DNA of 51,403 nt from contig JACCRT010000046.1 in the NCBI GenBank assembly GCA_013813355.1, positions 1 through 51,403 on the forward strand, read 5' to 3'. Below the pieces are notes generated by a model. It saw only the letters and a program-made list of their open reading frames with translations, searched no databases and was not told the DNA's origin. Positions 50,569 through 51,403 of this stretch are shown in pieces. The DNA is from Acidobacteriota bacterium (GTDB lineage Bacteria > Acidobacteriota > Vicinamibacteria > Vicinamibacterales > 2-12-FULL-66-21). Position numbers and translations under genes: made by a program. How positions within the stretch are numbered: position 1 is the first letter of the stretch; each line of letters starts with the position of its first letter.

Positions 50569-50589
50569 CAAGTCCGGGTGGCCCCACCA
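50569..50589 (+). other. tRNA 3'-end fragment (possible att-site remnant)
   Basis: CAAGTCCGGGTGGCCCCACCA reads as T-loop tail, T-stem, acceptor strand and ACCA, with no matching 5' half. Confidence 0.45.
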
Positions 50590-50909
50590 GTTCGATCAGC
50601 GAGTCCTCCTCCACGCTTCGTGTGGACCTGAAATGCGGGAAGTCCTCCTTACGATGGGTGCCCCCACGAGCACAGGTGAGGGATCGCAGCGCGGTGGACC
50701 GTCCGGCTTTGCGCCCGCCCGGCCTCCGCTGTGGTCGAGCTGCGCACCCCGGCGGTGATCGAGCCCGCCGGCTGCAGGCCCTCGACCGGAACCCCGGGGC
50801 TCGCGTGTCTTGGCAGACGACAGGAGCCCGGGCTCTACTCGGGAGCGCCGCTGCCTGCTTTGTCCAATCCCGTCAGCCGGATAGCGGGATTCCGAAGGCC
50901 CCGCGCCTA

Positions 50910-50925
50910 TGGCGTGTTTTCTGCA
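50910..50925 (+). promoter_or_regulatory. Sigma54 promoter candidate
   Basis: TGGCGT-GTTTT-CTGCA upstream of the AGGAGG RBS and ATG 50984. Confidence 0.45.
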
Positions 50926-50983
50926 CGCTTCGCGCACCGGGACAAACCTTTCCCACGTCCGACCCGTTGACAGGAGGAATGTG

Positions 50984-51403
50984 ATGACACGGACACTCGC
51001 AACTTCGTGGATCCTGGCCTGTGCGTTCGCTGTGAGCCTCGCGGCGCAGGCGCCGGCTCAGCAGCAACCGGAGTCCAAAGCGGCCGGCGAACGGACGGTC
51101 GATCTGACCGGATGCCTCGCCGCCGGCAGCCAGCCGGACACGTTCCGGCTGACTCACATCAAGGCCGCTAAGACGCCGACCGCCAAGCCCGGCGAGGTGG
51201 TTGGCACCACCGGGCTCAAGACCGGCGACGCCGTACAGCTCATCGGCACCGACGCCGCCAAGCTCAAGGCCCACATCGGCCATACGGTGACCGTCACCGG
51301 CATGCTCGTCCCGCGGAAAGAGGGCTACGCCGAGCCGGCGGCAAAGCCGGGCACTCCGGCGGCAAAGGAGCAGGGGGACATGCGCATGAACATGAAGTCG
51401 TTC
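50984..51403 (+). CDS. Secreted hypothetical protein (partial, runs off the window)
   Basis: AGGAGG RBS; MTRTLATSWILACAFAVSLAAQ signal; LTGCL..FRL..LKAHIGHTVTVTG; open to window end; missing from the ORF track. Confidence 0.75.
   Translation, partial: MTRTLATSWILACAFAVSLAAQAPAQQQPESKAAGERTVDLTGCLAAGSQPDTFRLTHIKAAKTPTAKPGEVVGTTGLKTGDAVQLIGTDAAKLKAHIGHTVTVTGMLVPRKEGYAEPAAKPGTPAAKEQGDMRMNMKSF

Noticed and set aside
50625-50790. Group I intron, RNase P or cobalamin riboswitch suggested by GAAATGCGGGAAGTCC
   Set aside because: The other required conserved elements could not be found

Overview
High-GC bacterial chromosomal window. Gene content (ADOP permease remnant, TPR-tail remnant, secreted proteins with TGCL motifs, heptamer repeats) suggests Acidobacteriota, probably Vicinamibacteria; this is inference only. 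It holds a PQQ-system-like beta-propeller/binding-protein pair, a 10 kb glycan-modification operon (two epimerases, B12-radical SAM, four glycosyltransferases, methyltransferase, glycoside hydrolase), stress-type genes, D-aminoacylase, class II photolyase, a secreted PLD-like protein, sahR-ahcY, tRNA-Pro, a phosphate/pyrophosphate module, an Omp85-metallopeptidase, amidase-GerMN-rph-rdgB, two type II TA pairs and a TAXI-TRAP transporter. The top finding is a gene the ORF track splits in two (37324-37914): a probable exported selenoprotein with an in-frame UGA in a UxxC motif followed by a SECIS-like hairpin. Other highlights are a 164 bp MITE, tandem SahR-like operators, repeated sigma54 promoters, a signal-peptide-bearing pyrophosphatase, tRNA remnants and several truncated genes.
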